Below are positions 24,022-24,453 of a stretch of 24,453 nt of DNA, piece after piece. The stretch lies in the IMG/VR virus record IMGVR_UViG_3300025154_000375, positions 1 to 24,453 of that record. One strand, given 5' to 3'. Source of the stretch: a virus (taxonomy: Duplodnaviria; Caudoviricetes). The notes under the pieces were generated by a model. The model saw only the letters and a list, made by a program, of their open reading frames with translations. It had not been told where the DNA came from and searched no databases. Made by a program: the position numbers and the translations under genes. How positions within the stretch are numbered: the stretch's first letter is position 1; every line of letters starts with the position of its first letter.

Positions 24022-24192
24022 TCAGAACGGCACATCCGGGCCAGTGCCGACATAGCCGCCAGGCGGTTCCGGCGGTGGGCCATCGGGGCCGTGATCCTAG
24101 CCGGCGCCGGACCGGGCGGAGAGCATCTTCATCTCCCGGGCAATGATCTCGGTGGTGTACTTCTCCTCGCCGTTCTGGTCCGTCCACTTCCT
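24022..24192 (-). pseudogene. ssb: Single-stranded DNA-binding protein remnant (3' part only, with internal TAG)
   Basis: Hand translation: RKWTDQNGEEKYTTEIIAREMKMLSARSGAG*DHGPDGPPPEPPGGYVGTGPDVPF*. This is the last OB-fold strands plus the acidic DVPF tip. Confidence 0.9.
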
Positions 24193-24326
24193 GTCACGGT
24201 CAGCGTCAGCGTCAAGGTTTTTCCGGTTAGGCCCGGACGTTGCTCAAATTCGTACCCAGCGGCTGCCAAATGACGTTCAAAAACAGGTAACTTCCATACA
24301 TCTATAACAATCGCTGCTTTCTGCAT
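24129..24326 (-). pseudogene. Small phage gene truncated and fused out of frame to ssb DNA
   Basis: MQKAAIVIDVWKLPVFERHL...TLTVT reads as a normal protein up to ~24193, then runs on in a wrong frame of ssb. Confidence 0.65.
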
Positions 24327-24343
24327 ATCTTCCCTCAATTACT

Positions 24344-24453
24344 CTATAGGTAAACAAACTCAATCCTATTGATCGTCTTACCCGGATCGCACCGGTAATG
24401 CCGGCACAGCATCGCGACAAAATCAGCCGGCTCCATTTCGGGAAAACCCTCCC
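24344..24453 (-). CDS. C-terminal part of an ASCH-domain-like protein (5' end outside the window)
   Basis: EGFPEMEPADFVAMLCRHYRCDPGKTINRIEFVYL* matches the EGF...F......I.F ending of ASCH proteins. Confidence 0.7.
   Translation of the reverse strand, partial: EGFPEMEPADFVAMLCRHYRCDPGKTINRIEFVYL

Larger units (their letters stand above)
1..24453 (-). mobile_element. Lambda-like siphovirus or prophage late region (head, tail, lysis); element boundaries not visible
   Basis: Co-oriented, tightly coupled genes in the order portal, S49 protease, decoration, capsid, connectors, tail tube, chaperone, tape measure, tail tip, lysin. No sheath gene seen. Confidence 0.95.

Noticed and set aside
24097-24099. 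TAG reassignment or readthrough suggested by the in-frame amber in ssb
   Set aside because: TAG ends the capsid, portal and lysin genes at expected positions, and the ssb fragment has no start anyway.
24005-24187. Listed 60-aa ORF
   Set aside because: Out-of-frame reading of the ssb remnant.

Overview
The window is the late (virion and lysis) region of a lambda-like long-tailed phage or prophage. Every credible gene is on the minus strand. Read right to left, it holds: small AT-richer accessory genes (including a partial ASCH-type gene and a broken ssb), a non-coding control region, gpW-like head completion, lambda-family portal, S49 protease/scaffold, decoration protein, major capsid, three head-tail/tail completion proteins, major tail protein, a tail chaperone with a -1 frameshift, tape measure, an unusual tail-tip cluster, and a lysis/exported-protein cassette ending in a GH108 endolysin that abuts a 23-bp tandem array at the window edge. 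No terminase, integrase, RNA gene, CRISPR array or reverse transcriptase is visible. The most unusual signals are: up to five paralogous tail-tip modules, two with an identical 20-nt gene start; a ~1.6 kb low-GC block with both borders inside tail genes; a 10-bp-phased CCC repeat upstream of the head genes, where terminase would normally sit; the GATC-palindrome array; an unlisted 27-aa zinc-ribbon gene; and a deletion scar fusing a small gene to ssb. All family assignments come from motif recall and gene order, not database searches.
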